A DNA stretch of 64,000 nt from a candidate division WWE3 bacterium (GCA_052035175.1 JBPOHV010000001.1:853251-917250), one strand, 5' to 3'; numbered from the stretch's first letter, positions 18,923-28,095 are shown. Made by a program: numbers and translations. The notes: generated by a model not told the origin, from the letters alone.

Positions 18923-19303
18923 ATGAAACGGAAATTTATTGATTTTGAAGAATACAGTGAGATTGTTAAACCGTTTTCGCAATGGAGTTTTGGAACCGTC
19001 TCTCCTTTTCCTCAGGTTTCTACCCCTAAAGCGTTGTTTGTGGCATATGCGGGTAATATATCGCCAGTGTCAGGCCCCAGTGTAGCAATGGGGACACTTG
19101 AAATTTGTCGACCAGGAGAATCCGACCCAGTAAAATTTAACTTTAATCAACATATTTTTTATTCTACGGGCACTATAAGTCTTTTAGAAATAGTCGAGAC
19201 TAACCCGCAAAAACTTGCTCACCATTGGACAGACGATTATCCTACACACATTCAGAATACTGCTCCCGATTGGGTTGAAGATTTGCAAAATAAAGAAATA
19301 TAA
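18923..19303 (+). CDS. Hypothetical protein (possible partner of the Ntn hydrolase)
   Basis: 126-aa ORF whose stop sits 2 nt before the next start. No recognisable motif. Confidence 0.4.
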   Translation: MKRKFIDFEEYSEIVKPFSQWSFGTVSPFPQVSTPKALFVAYAGNISPVSGPSVAMGTLEICRPGESDPVKFNFNQHIFYSTGTISLLEIVETNPQKLAHHWTDDYPTHIQNTAPDWVEDLQNKEI

Positions 19304-19305
19304 AT

Positions 19306-19944
19306 ATGACCTTAATCCTCGCAGCAATATGTAGAAATGATATTTATGTTTGTGCGGACACAAGGTATGAAGACAAAAAGTGGGACAATGGATTTAAAGA
19401 CGGATTCGATAAAATATACAAATTTCACTCTTATCCTTTAATCATTCTTAATCACGGAGTTAATAAATTCAACGAAAAGTATTGGGGCGATTATTGCTTT
19501 GATTACGAGAAATTAGGAAGATGGAAAAATAGAGACTTAAAATCACTCAGTGAGGATTTCAAAGATTTCATCGAAAGTGCTGTTTTACAACAGCTAAAGT
19601 TTAATTCGGAACACTGGCCTGACAACCCCAACTTTCAAAAAACCGGATTCGCAATTTGTGGAAAAAACCTTGAAAAGGATGGTTTTGAAATTTATGAATA
19701 TTTTTGGAACCCTAAACCCGAAATACCCGAACTCTATCCTTGGAATGGAATACGCTTGAATGGGTTCGGTAACGGATTTGATAACTACCTAAAAAACAAT
19801 ATTAGTGATCTTATTGACTGGAATCACTTTAATGAAGGTCAAATTAAGATGGAATTAAAAAAGCTGTTTTCTTTGGCAAGAGAAAAAAAAACAATAAAGG
19901 TGGGAAGGAGTTTTCGGATGACTTTATTATTAAGTCAGTTATAG
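19306..19944 (+). CDS. Proteasome-beta/HslV-like N-terminal nucleophile (Ntn) hydrolase
   Basis: N-terminus 'M-TLILAAICRNDIYVCADTRYE' fits the T1-x-I/L-x-A-x(4)-D-G-x-x-x-A-A/C-D-T/S-R signature of proteasome beta / HslV subunits (Thr1 exposed after Met removal). Confidence 0.45.
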   Translation: MTLILAAICRNDIYVCADTRYEDKKWDNGFKDGFDKIYKFHSYPLIILNHGVNKFNEKYWGDYCFDYEKLGRWKNRDLKSLSEDFKDFIESAVLQQLKFNSEHWPDNPNFQKTGFAICGKNLEKDGFEIYEYFWNPKPEIPELYPWNGIRLNGFGNGFDNYLKNNISDLIDWNHFNEGQIKMELKKLFSLAREKKTIKVGRSFRMTLLLSQL

Positions 19945-20237
19945 AGGAGTAATAGATAGATAGAAATTAATATACCAGTTTGACTCTTTCCATTTCCACG
20001 CTGAACTGAGCAACAAACTTTAAATCTGAGAAAACATCGACAATACAAGCTAACTAGTTGGTTATATTAGTGTTACGCTCCTCGAGTCAATGGATACGAC
20101 AGAGATTAAAGCCGTTAGCGTTGCTTATACTTGACGTCATATACATTGGGAAGGAATATATAGACAAAAAAAATCCAAAAAATAAAGTCGTAAACACCTG
20201 AAAATGCACAGATTGAAAACGTATATAATAAATACAT

Positions 20238-20549
20238 ATGAGTGAAAAGAAACCCTTAAATCTTGTAGGAGTAGTAATACTGATAATTGGCATCTTTTGG
20301 CTAGGTAGCAAATTGTTTAAACAAGAGAGTTGGGACTTAATGATTTGCGATACGCTGATGGATAATGGCATTGAGTGCTATACAAATGCCGAAGTGCTTC
20401 AAGACTACAAATCTCAGAGAGAGTGCATGGAGACAGGAATTAGATTAGCAAGTAAAAAAGGCTATGAATGCGGTAAAAACTGTAAACCAAGTAAAGAATA
20501 TGGCGGTACCGTGTGCGAAACAATATGCAATAAAGCAGGGTGCAACTAA
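20238..20549 (+). CDS. Small membrane-anchored cysteine-rich protein
   Basis: N-terminal TM helix 'LVGVVILIIGIFWLG' followed by a domain with 10 Cys. A hairpin (cagggtg…caccctg) follows the stop. Confidence 0.45.
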   Translation: MSEKKPLNLVGVVILIIGIFWLGSKLFKQESWDLMICDTLMDNGIECYTNAEVLQDYKSQRECMETGIRLASKKGYECGKNCKPSKEYGGTVCETICNKAGCN

Positions 20550-20623
20550 ATTCACCCTGCCACTTAAATCCTGATTTCTTAAAGTACACGACGCCAAAGC
20601 CTAACTGATATAATCAGCGCATT

Positions 20624-21016
20624 GTGTCAAAACGATTTCAACCAATCTTCCTATCATCCATATTACTGAATTACCTACACGGTGTTGAGTGTATATTAAC
20701 TAAGTTTTATGAGGTTAACCCAAACTTCTATATCATTACAAGCTATTTTCGCAGCATTCCCGAAAGTGTTTATTTTATTTTTCATATAAGCTTTTGGATT
20801 TTCATTCTGTTGGCGTTTTTCTTGATAAAAGGGGGTAAATGGGTTTTTATTCCCCTCGCGTTGTATGGAACGGTATTTTTCACAGAAACACATCATTTCA
20901 TAAAAGGACTTATGCTTCTGCACTATTATCCAGGGATGATTACTTCAATCTTATTCCCGATTTTGGGTTGGTTTTATTGGAAAGAGCTTTTGGTTGAGTG
21001 GGAAAAGCTGGTTTAA
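20624..21016 (+). CDS. Small polytopic membrane protein
   Basis: Three to four hydrophobic segments. No catalytic motif recognised. Confidence 0.4.
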   Translation: MSKRFQPIFLSSILLNYLHGVECILTKFYEVNPNFYIITSYFRSIPESVYFIFHISFWIFILLAFFLIKGGKWVFIPLALYGTVFFTETHHFIKGLMLLHYYPGMITSILFPILGWFYWKELLVEWEKLV

Positions 21017-21209
21017 ACCTCAACAAAACACCTTCTAACAACTTGTCCGCCTCCTCTATGTGGAACCAATAAGTGCTTATGCTAGAACTAGTATGACATT
21101 TCTGTTGGTATGCAGTTAGGAACCGTCTCTGTACTATAGGTTGCCAGACCCATCGTTTTTTGATATAATTCTATAGAAAATAACCCAATCTTTTTGTAAG
21201 GAGAAACTC

Positions 21210-21569
21210 ATGAATACAGAAATTGCAGCAACGGCACTAACGGCATTCATCAACGAGGACGGAAGTTTTGTCCTGATGCCACTAGTGGACTATGTCCCAA
21301 ATGAAAGCTATATTCTCTTCGATAGAAGGCTTTATTCCCGCGGTGGGACAAAGCTTTGGGAAGAACGCCTTCCCGGGGACGTTCGCCACGTCTTATACCC
21401 ACTTGCCGAAGGCAAGTGGGCAATCTGGACAGGCGTACGGGGAAAAGTTTTCCCCACACAACAAGCATATGAAAAAGCAGTAGCCACTGCGACGGTTCCC
21501 ATATACGGGTACCTCCCTGGCATCAACAGCTTTTTTGAAGCATCAATGGACTATCCACAGCCCTACTGA
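21210..21569 (+). CDS. Hypothetical protein encoded by a GC-enriched, apparently foreign gene
   Basis: Strong SD 'aaggagaaactc' 7 nt upstream of the ATG. GC is clearly above the neighbours and the gene is flanked by 17-bp direct repeats. Confidence 0.5.
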   Translation: MNTEIAATALTAFINEDGSFVLMPLVDYVPNESYILFDRRLYSRGGTKLWEERLPGDVRHVLYPLAEGKWAIWTGVRGKVFPTQQAYEKAVATATVPIYGYLPGINSFFEASMDYPQPY

Positions 21570-21812
21570 TGCCTGCTCGTGCAAGGTTCCTAAGTATGTG
21601 TTGTCCAATGGATAACATCAGCTTAGGGACCTTGTTTTGTTTCTATACAGTAATCATCACAAAACTCATCGAAAAGTCATTTTTCAAACAACTTGTCCGC
21701 CTCTGGCGGATCCCCCGCTATGTATAGCCAAAAGAATTTACTTTTTATAACAACCAATTTCCGCGTATAGAAACCATAGACACAATTATATTAAAACTCT
21801 AAGCTCTAATAT

Positions 21813-22631
21813 ATGGCAATTACTGATAATGAAATAAAAAAGCTGATGCTTAGTTACAACCAAATGATTGATAAGTATCAGGAGCTACACGAAATTGGAT
21901 ATGAATACCCCTATTTTTACGAAATTACAAAAGACAATAAACATTTATTTTATGTAGGGGCACGGCATGTCTTTGATCCAAGTGATTCATCAATAGAAAA
22001 AATTAAAAGTTACTGGCATAAGTTTTTGGAAGTAACTAATAAAAGTAATTGTGTTGTAATGATAGAAGGCGGATATGATGAAATAGAAGAATCTGAAGAT
22101 AAAGCAATTAGAAATGGCGGTGAGGCCAGCTTGTTAATATACCTTTCTGCGAAAGAAGGTATTACATGGTACTCCCCAGAGCCTGAATATAGTGAAGAAT
22201 TAACTAAGTTAAGAACAAAGTTTAGCGACGATGAAGTTCTATATCAAAGATTTGCAACATCTGTAGCACAATGGTTTAGATTAGTAGAACCTAAACCAAA
22301 GCTGGAGACTTACATAGCAAGAACTATAGAAAAGGATGTCGAACTAATGAATATTAAATTTGATGTTTCTCTTGAGAATTTTGCAAAGATTCATAACAAA
22401 ACACATGATCATGAATTTTCTCTTAATACATGCCAACAGCAACAAAATTGTTTTTACTTAGATTCAAACCCATCTGAAAATGCTGTTTCTGCAGAGTCCA
22501 GTAATATTAGAAATATTCATATTGCGAAAGAAGTAATAAAGCAGTGGGAAGATAATAAAAGCATCTTCATAATTTTTGGGTCAGGACATGCCATTGTTCA
22601 TGAACCTGCTTTCAAAAAATTGTTAAATTAA
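21813..22631 (+). CDS. TraB/GumN/PrgY (TIKI-like) family protein
   Basis: N-terminal 'FYVGARHVF' (GxxH motif) and C-terminal 'IFGSGHAIV' (GxGH motif), in the arrangement typical of the TraB/GumN family. Confidence 0.5.
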   Translation: MAITDNEIKKLMLSYNQMIDKYQELHEIGYEYPYFYEITKDNKHLFYVGARHVFDPSDSSIEKIKSYWHKFLEVTNKSNCVVMIEGGYDEIEESEDKAIRNGGEASLLIYLSAKEGITWYSPEPEYSEELTKLRTKFSDDEVLYQRFATSVAQWFRLVEPKPKLETYIARTIEKDVELMNIKFDVSLENFAKIHNKTHDHEFSLNTCQQQQNCFYLDSNPSENAVSAESSNIRNIHIAKEVIKQWEDNKSIFIIFGSGHAIVHEPAFKKLLN

Positions 22632-22641
22632 AATGTAATCT

Positions 22642-23034
22642 ATGAAAAAGATCTATCTCGCTGGGCAACCAAATCAATACGCAAACAATTGGAAACAGAA
22701 CTTCTCAAACAACGGAAACTTCGAATTTTATGATCCAGAAATTCACTCAGACCAATCATCTCCAGATACATTCTTTCCACAAGATCTACAGGCAGTAAGT
22801 GACGCAGATATTATGGTAGCAAACCCAGGAACTGGCCCAGCAGAAGCAACATGGATCGAAATTGGATATTTTCTACATAAGAATACTAGTAACCCAGGAG
22901 ATACCTGCAAAAATTTGATAATAGTTTGGCTAAAAGAACGCGAACCAAAATGGTCAATAAAGTTTGTAGAAAAAGCTGGGCACGTTGTGGAAACAGTAGA
23001 AGAAGCAGTAAATAAGCTTCAAACACTTATATAA
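22642..23034 (+). CDS. Nucleoside 2-deoxyribosyltransferase-like protein
   Basis: 'KIYLAGQ…' N-terminus, 'ADIMVANP', 'EATWIEIGYF' (conserved Glu) and 'KNLIIVW' match the PF05014-like flavodoxin-fold pattern. Confidence 0.5.
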   Translation: MKKIYLAGQPNQYANNWKQNFSNNGNFEFYDPEIHSDQSSPDTFFPQDLQAVSDADIMVANPGTGPAEATWIEIGYFLHKNTSNPGDTCKNLIIVWLKEREPKWSIKFVEKAGHVVETVEEAVNKLQTLI

Positions 23035-23150
23035 GAAATACTGCAGCATCCTATAGTATACAACTCCCCTATTTTTAGATATAATGCCCAGCATCAAACA
23101 ATGAAAAGACATTTTTGCCTTTTTTTAACTCAATACCTAAGGAGAAACCA

Positions 23151-23546
23151 ATGACAACAAAAGAAGAACTTAGGCAAGCGCTAAGCTTACTTGATTCTTC
23201 AGAACTAGCAATAGTTCTGAAATTAATAGAAGGAAATTATTCAGATAGTTTTCTTCCAATGATTAATGCCGCAAAGGCATTTTTGACCACAACAATGGTA
23301 ACCTTTTTCGAATTGTATGCTGACGCCGACATTAATTTACGAAATAATGCTCTGAGCAGACATGAAATCCTGCGCAGAAGCATTGCCCTGGTAAATCCGG
23401 GGTATATGTCGTGGAAAAGTGCAAAGCCAATGGTAATTCTCATAATTGAGAAATTGGCTGAGCATTTTCCTGATACAAACACCGAGTTGCTCCGCAAAAT
23501 TGCGGAACAACCGGAAAAATATCTGGTACAAACACAACCAGAATAA
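23151..23546 (+). CDS. Hypothetical protein
   Basis: Start chosen at the ATG preceded by SD 'aaggagaaacca' (MTTKEEL…). No motif recognised. Confidence 0.45.
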   Translation: MTTKEELRQALSLLDSSELAIVLKLIEGNYSDSFLPMINAAKAFLTTTMVTFFELYADADINLRNNALSRHEILRRSIALVNPGYMSWKSAKPMVILIIEKLAEHFPDTNTELLRKIAEQPEKYLVQTQPE

Positions 23547-23548
23547 CA

Positions 23549-23608
23549 GACCTGCCCGAAAGGGAGTTCATTGCTGCTTATGCAGTGACGAACTCCCTAG
23601 GTCTTTTT
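23549..23608 (+). terminator. Structured terminator element (gacctgcccGAAAggg…cctaggtc-T5)
   Basis: Nested hairpins ccc-GAAA-ggg and gggagttc…gaactccc, outer gacct/aggtc stem, then a T-run. Confidence 0.5.
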
Positions 23609-23679
23609 ACTAATTAAACATTCATATAACACCAACTTTCACATTCTATCGATTACTTTAATTTGATATCATATAACTC

Positions 23680-24099
23680 ATGACAACACTAAACCCTTGG
23701 ATTAATTTTAATGGTAACGCAGAAGAAGCATTCACATTTTACAAATCAGTATTTGGTGGAGAATTTACAAAAATAGTACGTTTCAAAGGTATTGCTAGCG
23801 CTGAATTCCCAGTGCCAGAAAATGAAGAGAATAAAATAATGTACATTTCTTTGCCTATAGGCAATGGTGTTATGTTGATAGCAAATGACGTGCCAGAAAT
23901 CATGGGACGCGTAAATGAACATGAAAATAGAAGCAAAATTTTAGTAAATACAGAAAGCAAAGAAGAAGCCGACAGATTATTTACGGGGCTTTCGGTTGGC
24001 GGAGAAGTAGAAGGATCTATGGGAGATAGCCCATGGGGTTCTTATGCTGGTATGTTTCGAGATAAATACGGCATCGAATGGATAATCGAGTGTGCGTAG
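23680..24099 (+). CDS. VOC/glyoxalase-fold PhnB-like protein
   Basis: 'NPWINFNGNAEEAFTFYKSVFGG…' matches the PhnB/YjdN (3-demethylubiquinone-9 3-methyltransferase-like) domain. Confidence 0.7.
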   Translation: MTTLNPWINFNGNAEEAFTFYKSVFGGEFTKIVRFKGIASAEFPVPENEENKIMYISLPIGNGVMLIANDVPEIMGRVNEHENRSKILVNTESKEEADRLFTGLSVGGEVEGSMGDSPWGSYAGMFRDKYGIEWIIECA

Positions 24100-24126
24100 T
24101 TATAATAAATTGAGGAGGAAATTAGT

Positions 24127-24506
24127 ATGTCTAAATATGTAGATGGATTTTTACTTGTAGTACCAAAAAACAAAGTTGAAGAATATAAAAAATGGCAGAA
24201 GGCGGTCGAGATTCGTGGATGAAACACGGTGCACTGGCTTACTACGAATGTCAGGGCGCGAATCTTGCTCCTATGGAAATGGGTGATGAAAAAGCACGTG
24301 CATTTACAGAAGTAACTGGGGCAAAAGATGATGAAACAGTTTGGTTTTCTTTTATTGTTTTTAAGTCAAAAGAACACAGAGACGAAGTCAATGCAAAAGT
24401 GATGGAAGAAATGGACGAGCAAATGAAAGAGTACGCAGATATGCAAATGCCTTTTGATATGAAACGCATGGCTTATGGGGGTTTCCAAGTTGAGGTTGAA
24501 GGATAA
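24127..24506 (+). pseudogene. DUF1428 (YbaA-like) gene interrupted by a frameshift
   Basis: Frame A (24127-24219) gives MSKYVDGFLLVVPKNKVEEYKKWQKAVEIRG*. Frame B (from 24192) continues …WMKHGALAYYECQGAN…FSFIVFKSKEHRDEVNAKVMEE. Together they make a colinear DUF1428 protein broken near 24205-24215. Confidence 0.55.
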
Positions 24507-24515
24507 TCCGCACAT

Positions 24516-25073
24516 ATGAGAAACATATTTAACTTCAACAAACCAGCAGCACCTAAAGTGAATGAAAGTCCACAACCCCTTACTACTGATGCTTTAAAAG
24601 GATTAAATTTTCAGCAAATAGTTGAACTAGGTGAAAAAAATCCCGAAGGTTTACAAGCGCTGCTTATAGAACTCAGAACTGAAGACCTTAGAAAATCCGA
24701 AGAAGAATTGTGGGATATGACAAGAACAAAAATTAAAAAAGATATGCACGAACTTGCGCCTGAAGAAGTTTCCAAAATGATAGCATCAGATAGTGAAAAC
24801 CATGATATAGGGAAGTTTAAATTTGTACGGCAAGGTAATCGAATTGTATGGATAAGCGCAATATATAACCATGTAGACACAGCAGTTGTTGCAGGTATGG
24901 AAACAGTTGATGATGCTGGATCAATGGATATAGATGAACAAGGCAATATTACTTTTGGTTACGGATCATCTAGTCTACACGTCCTAAATATATTTAACCC
25001 TGAAAGACCCGCCTCACAAACGCTTATCAAAGAAGCGCTACCAGAACCTGAGTTTCATATAAAGTTCTATTAA
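24516..25073 (+). CDS. Hypothetical protein
   Basis: 185-aa ORF in a codirectional run. No motif recognised. Confidence 0.4.
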   Translation: MRNIFNFNKPAAPKVNESPQPLTTDALKGLNFQQIVELGEKNPEGLQALLIELRTEDLRKSEEELWDMTRTKIKKDMHELAPEEVSKMIASDSENHDIGKFKFVRQGNRIVWISAIYNHVDTAVVAGMETVDDAGSMDIDEQGNITFGYGSSSLHVLNIFNPERPASQTLIKEALPEPEFHIKFY

Positions 25074-25108
25074 GTATTTACAAGCAGTTTTATTGATATA
25101 ATTCCACA

Positions 25109-25549
25109 ATGGCTGAACTAAAAACCCAAGCAACAAACCAAGACCCCAAAGAATTTTTAAATACAATCGAACCTGAGCAAAAAAAGCAAGATAGTTTTGC
25201 TCTCTTGGAAATGTTTCATAAAATAACAAATGAAGAACCTGTGATGTGGGGAACTAGCATTGTAGGATTTGGTAAATATCACTACAAATCCGAACGAAGC
25301 TCGCAAGAAGGTGACTGGCCACTTGTAGGATTTTCTCCAAGAAAACAAAATTTAACCCTATACCTAATGCACGGAAATCAAGACAGTGATGATCTACTAG
25401 AAAAATTGGGCAAACACAAAACTAGCGGGGGCATGGGCGGATGTCTATATATAAATAAACTTTCTGATGTAGATCACTCAATTCTTACAAAGCTAATAGA
25501 AAAGTCTTTTCTATATATGAAAAAGACTCGTACTAGCAATGCTCTTTGA
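25109..25549 (+). CDS. DUF1801 (YdhG-like) protein
   Basis: '…FLNTIEPEQKKQDSFALLEMFHKITNEEPVMWGTSIVGFGKYHYKSERS…' matches the DUF1801 pattern. Confidence 0.6.
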   Translation: MAELKTQATNQDPKEFLNTIEPEQKKQDSFALLEMFHKITNEEPVMWGTSIVGFGKYHYKSERSSQEGDWPLVGFSPRKQNLTLYLMHGNQDSDDLLEKLGKHKTSGGMGGCLYINKLSDVDHSILTKLIEKSFLYMKKTRTSNAL

Positions 25550-26039
25550 CCGCATCAAGCACTTGAGCTGAAGATAAACTTGCATTGACTGTAATATTAT
25601 TTGGCAATATTGGAAAAGATTTTGAAGCGTATTGATATACAATATCTTTGGTTTGAATTTTTGGATTGTTTTTTCTTGCCAACCACCTTATTACCGCAAC
25701 TTCAGGAGATACTTGCAAAAGTACACTTAAAGTTATCTTTTCATACAAATCAGTTTCTCTTAACAAAGCAATATATTTTTCATTTGTAAATGCACAAGAA
25801 ACAATTACTGATTTTCCATCATCAAACTTTTTTACTGACTCAAGAAATGTTTCTTTATACATATCAGCTCTGTCAGAGTCATCATAACTAGAGTTTGGAT
25901 GTATTCTTGACATAACTTCATCCGAATCAACAACCACCCACCCAGTAATTTGTGATAGATTGTTTGCGAGTAATGTCTTACCTGAACACATTGGGCCGTA
26001 TATAAAAATTAAGGCATTTCTATTAAACATGTTAAGCAT
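25533..26039 (-). CDS. Small P-loop kinase-like protein (AAA_33/zeta-toxin-like fold)
   Basis: Walker A 'GPMCSGKT' at the N-terminus and 'VVDSD' Walker-B-like motif. 168 aa. Confidence 0.5.
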   Translation of the reverse strand: MLNMFNRNALIFIYGPMCSGKTLLANNLSQITGWVVVDSDEVMSRIHPNSSYDDSDRADMYKETFLESVKKFDDGKSVIVSCAFTNEKYIALLRETDLYEKITLSVLLQVSPEVAVIRWLARKNNPKIQTKDIVYQYASKSFPILPNNITVNASLSSAQVLDAVKEHC

Positions 26040-26070
26040 TTATATATTTTACAATACTTATAAATAAGTA

Positions 26071-27066
26071 TTAGCTTTGTAGTAAAAAACCATAATCTCT
26101 TAGGGTCTTAATATAAGAACTAGAAATTCCATTCTTTGCTAGCTTAAGTCGGAGTCTTTCTATAATCTTGGAAATAGCTTGCAAACTAAAATCTTCAGTC
26201 TGTACGAAAACGATCTTTGCAATGTCATCGTAAGACAATGGCACATCACGTGAAATCATTGCAGATAATAAACTTGTTTCGCGTGAAGTGAGATTGCGTA
26301 ACTCAACAGAATTAGCATAAATTTTATTATCTATACATTCAAAAGTAATACCCAGAGGCAAGCCTAGCTTTTTGTAAAACTTTATGCTTTGCAACTTGTA
26401 TACAGAACTTTGTTTATTCTTAGTATTTTTAAATACAGACATAAACTTAAATTTTGTATTTATAGGAGTTTCATTGAGTAACCAATCTGCTAAAAATTGA
26501 GAATCTATCCAGTCGCCTTGATATTTATGAAAAACAGAAAACCTCGTAAGCGAAGAAACAATGGCATACACGATATCTCCAATAACGGCGTCATAACGTA
26601 AATATATATTTATATCTCCCGCTTCGCGGAGATAATTGAATGACACGCGAGGGCCAATGTGAGTTTTATAAATATTAATATTCTTAATATACTTGTCGCT
26701 TACTCCCAATGTAGTATTAATCTTTTGCATAGCTTCACTTTCTTGTAACTTCCATGCTGTTTCGATCTTAGACATTAGAGGAGACATGTTAGAAATATTG
26801 TTAAGTGCAAAAGCCAATAAAGCCTTATCAGAAATTCCAATAGGAAAGCTATGATAAGTAATACTTTTTATTTTTTCCCAAGGGTATTCCAAATCTGGCA
26901 GTATAACAATATAGGGTGAACTTTTTACATTCTTTGGAAGTTTAGATAACACCAAAAAGTTATTGGCATGAAAAAACCCATTAAGTGTTTGATAAGCTGT
27001 TTCTATTAATCGCCTAGCTTCGTATTCTGGGCTATAATGCCATTTTGTTAACATAGATCCATACAT
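26071..27066 (-). CDS. Unknown N-terminal domain fused to an OmpR/PhoB-type winged-helix DNA-binding domain
   Basis: C-terminal 'VELRNLTSRETSLLSAMISRDVPLSYDDIAKIVF…ISKIIERLRLKL…IKTLRDYGFLL' matches trans_reg_C. There is no receiver domain. Confidence 0.5.
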   Translation of the reverse strand: MYGSMLTKWHYSPEYEARRLIETAYQTLNGFFHANNFLVLSKLPKNVKSSPYIVILPDLEYPWEKIKSITYHSFPIGISDKALLAFALNNISNMSPLMSKIETAWKLQESEAMQKINTTLGVSDKYIKNINIYKTHIGPRVSFNYLREAGDINIYLRYDAVIGDIVYAIVSSLTRFSVFHKYQGDWIDSQFLADWLLNETPINTKFKFMSVFKNTKNKQSSVYKLQSIKFYKKLGLPLGITFECIDNKIYANSVELRNLTSRETSLLSAMISRDVPLSYDDIAKIVFVQTEDFSLQAISKIIERLRLKLAKNGISSSYIKTLRDYGFLLQS

Positions 27067-27167
27067 TAGTATACTAGCTATAGGTTGTCAAATAACCAGT
27101 CAAGTTATCTGTACAAAAGAAACTACACTCTCCCCACAGATTAAAACTTTCACAAAAGGAGAAACTC

Positions 27168-27545
27168 ATGAATACCCTATGGATAAAACGCGATAACGTG
27201 GAAATCGAGCTTACAGAACAAGCTGCGATAGAAGAGTTGGTATTACACGCATTGGTAATACCTCAAAACGATCTCAGGTTCTTCAATTTCTCTGATGGAA
27301 TACGACACATCACAGATCTTGAAAATAAGCTCTTCTCTGAAAGAGAAAACTACCTCGGTAGACCAGACTTTGATATTGCGAGGCACCTGCCGCAATATGC
27401 AGAAGCATATTCCAAAGTATTAGGTATTATAAACAGGCGCACGCCTGTACCGAACAAAGAAAAGGCTGACGAGTTAGCAAATCTGATCAGAGAGATTGGT
27501 CTTACGTACACACTACTACTGAACCAACCCACAAAGGAAAGTTAA
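27168..27545 (+). CDS. Hypothetical protein
   Basis: SD 'aaggagaaactc' 7 nt upstream of the ATG. The stop overlaps the next start (TAAAATG). Confidence 0.45.
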   Translation: MNTLWIKRDNVEIELTEQAAIEELVLHALVIPQNDLRFFNFSDGIRHITDLENKLFSERENYLGRPDFDIARHLPQYAEAYSKVLGIINRRTPVPNKEKADELANLIREIGLTYTLLLNQPTKES

Positions 27546-27546
27546 A

Positions 27547-27786
27547 ATGACTAGTCAACAAAACGATGAAGTACCTGTCGGTACAATGTGCCAGTGCACG
27601 CTCAGCCAAATTGCTAAACGACCAAATGGTACTAAATATAATGTTCAAGGAGACTTTGAACCTAGATACAAGTTCCTTGGTCGAAGTGGAAATCTCTGGC
27701 AATTTGAAGATATAGAAGCAGTTGTCTCCACAGAAAAGTTTTTAGTAGACAGCGAATTTATCAAATATTTCAAAGGAGTCAGATGA
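27547..27786 (+). CDS. Hypothetical small protein
   Basis: Translationally coupled to the upstream gene and followed by the hairpin gggcgtcaat…attgacgccc. Confidence 0.4.
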   Translation: MTSQQNDEVPVGTMCQCTLSQIAKRPNGTKYNVQGDFEPRYKFLGRSGNLWQFEDIEAVVSTEKFLVDSEFIKYFKGVR

Positions 27787-27831
27787 ATTTCAAAAGGGCG
27801 TCAATTGGATTGACGCCCATTGCAAATAAAC

Positions 27832-28095
27832 TTACTTAGAACGATGCGAACAGCCTTCCCAACAACACGGTCGGCGCATTCCACCTTTTAGTTTCGAAAG
27901 CGCTTTTTCGATACGTATAACTCGTGTCTCAGGTTTTGCGCCAGAAGTAACCCAACAAATCCATTCATTGCGTGCTAAAGGTGTGATATCTTCCCATAAT
28001 AATTTGACAGCAGATATTGAAGTAAGAGCCTTTTCAAAATCTGCAGGTAATTGATGTACTGTGCCATCTGATAGACCTTTTTGTTTCATAAACAT
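27832..28095 (-). CDS. YdeI/OmdA (DUF1905-like) protein
   Basis: '…DFEKALTSISAVKLLWEDITPLARNEWICWVTSGAKPETRVIRIEKALSKL' matches the YdeI/OmdA family signature. Confidence 0.55.
   Translation of the reverse strand: MFMKQKGLSDGTVHQLPADFEKALTSISAVKLLWEDITPLARNEWICWVTSGAKPETRVIRIEKALSKLKGGMRRPCCWEGCSHRSK

Noticed and set aside
20087-20371. 94-aa minus-strand ORF
   Set aside because: It overlaps the start of the SD-less but coherent plus-strand Cys-rich gene 20238..20549, has a hydrophobic low-complexity composition and no upstream signals.
21250-21526. Three overlapping ORFs in alternative frames (21250..21468 -, 21292..21483 +, 21332..21526 -)
   Set aside because: They follow from the locally raised GC (fewer stop codons). 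The + frame 21210..21569, with a strong SD, is the coherent gene.
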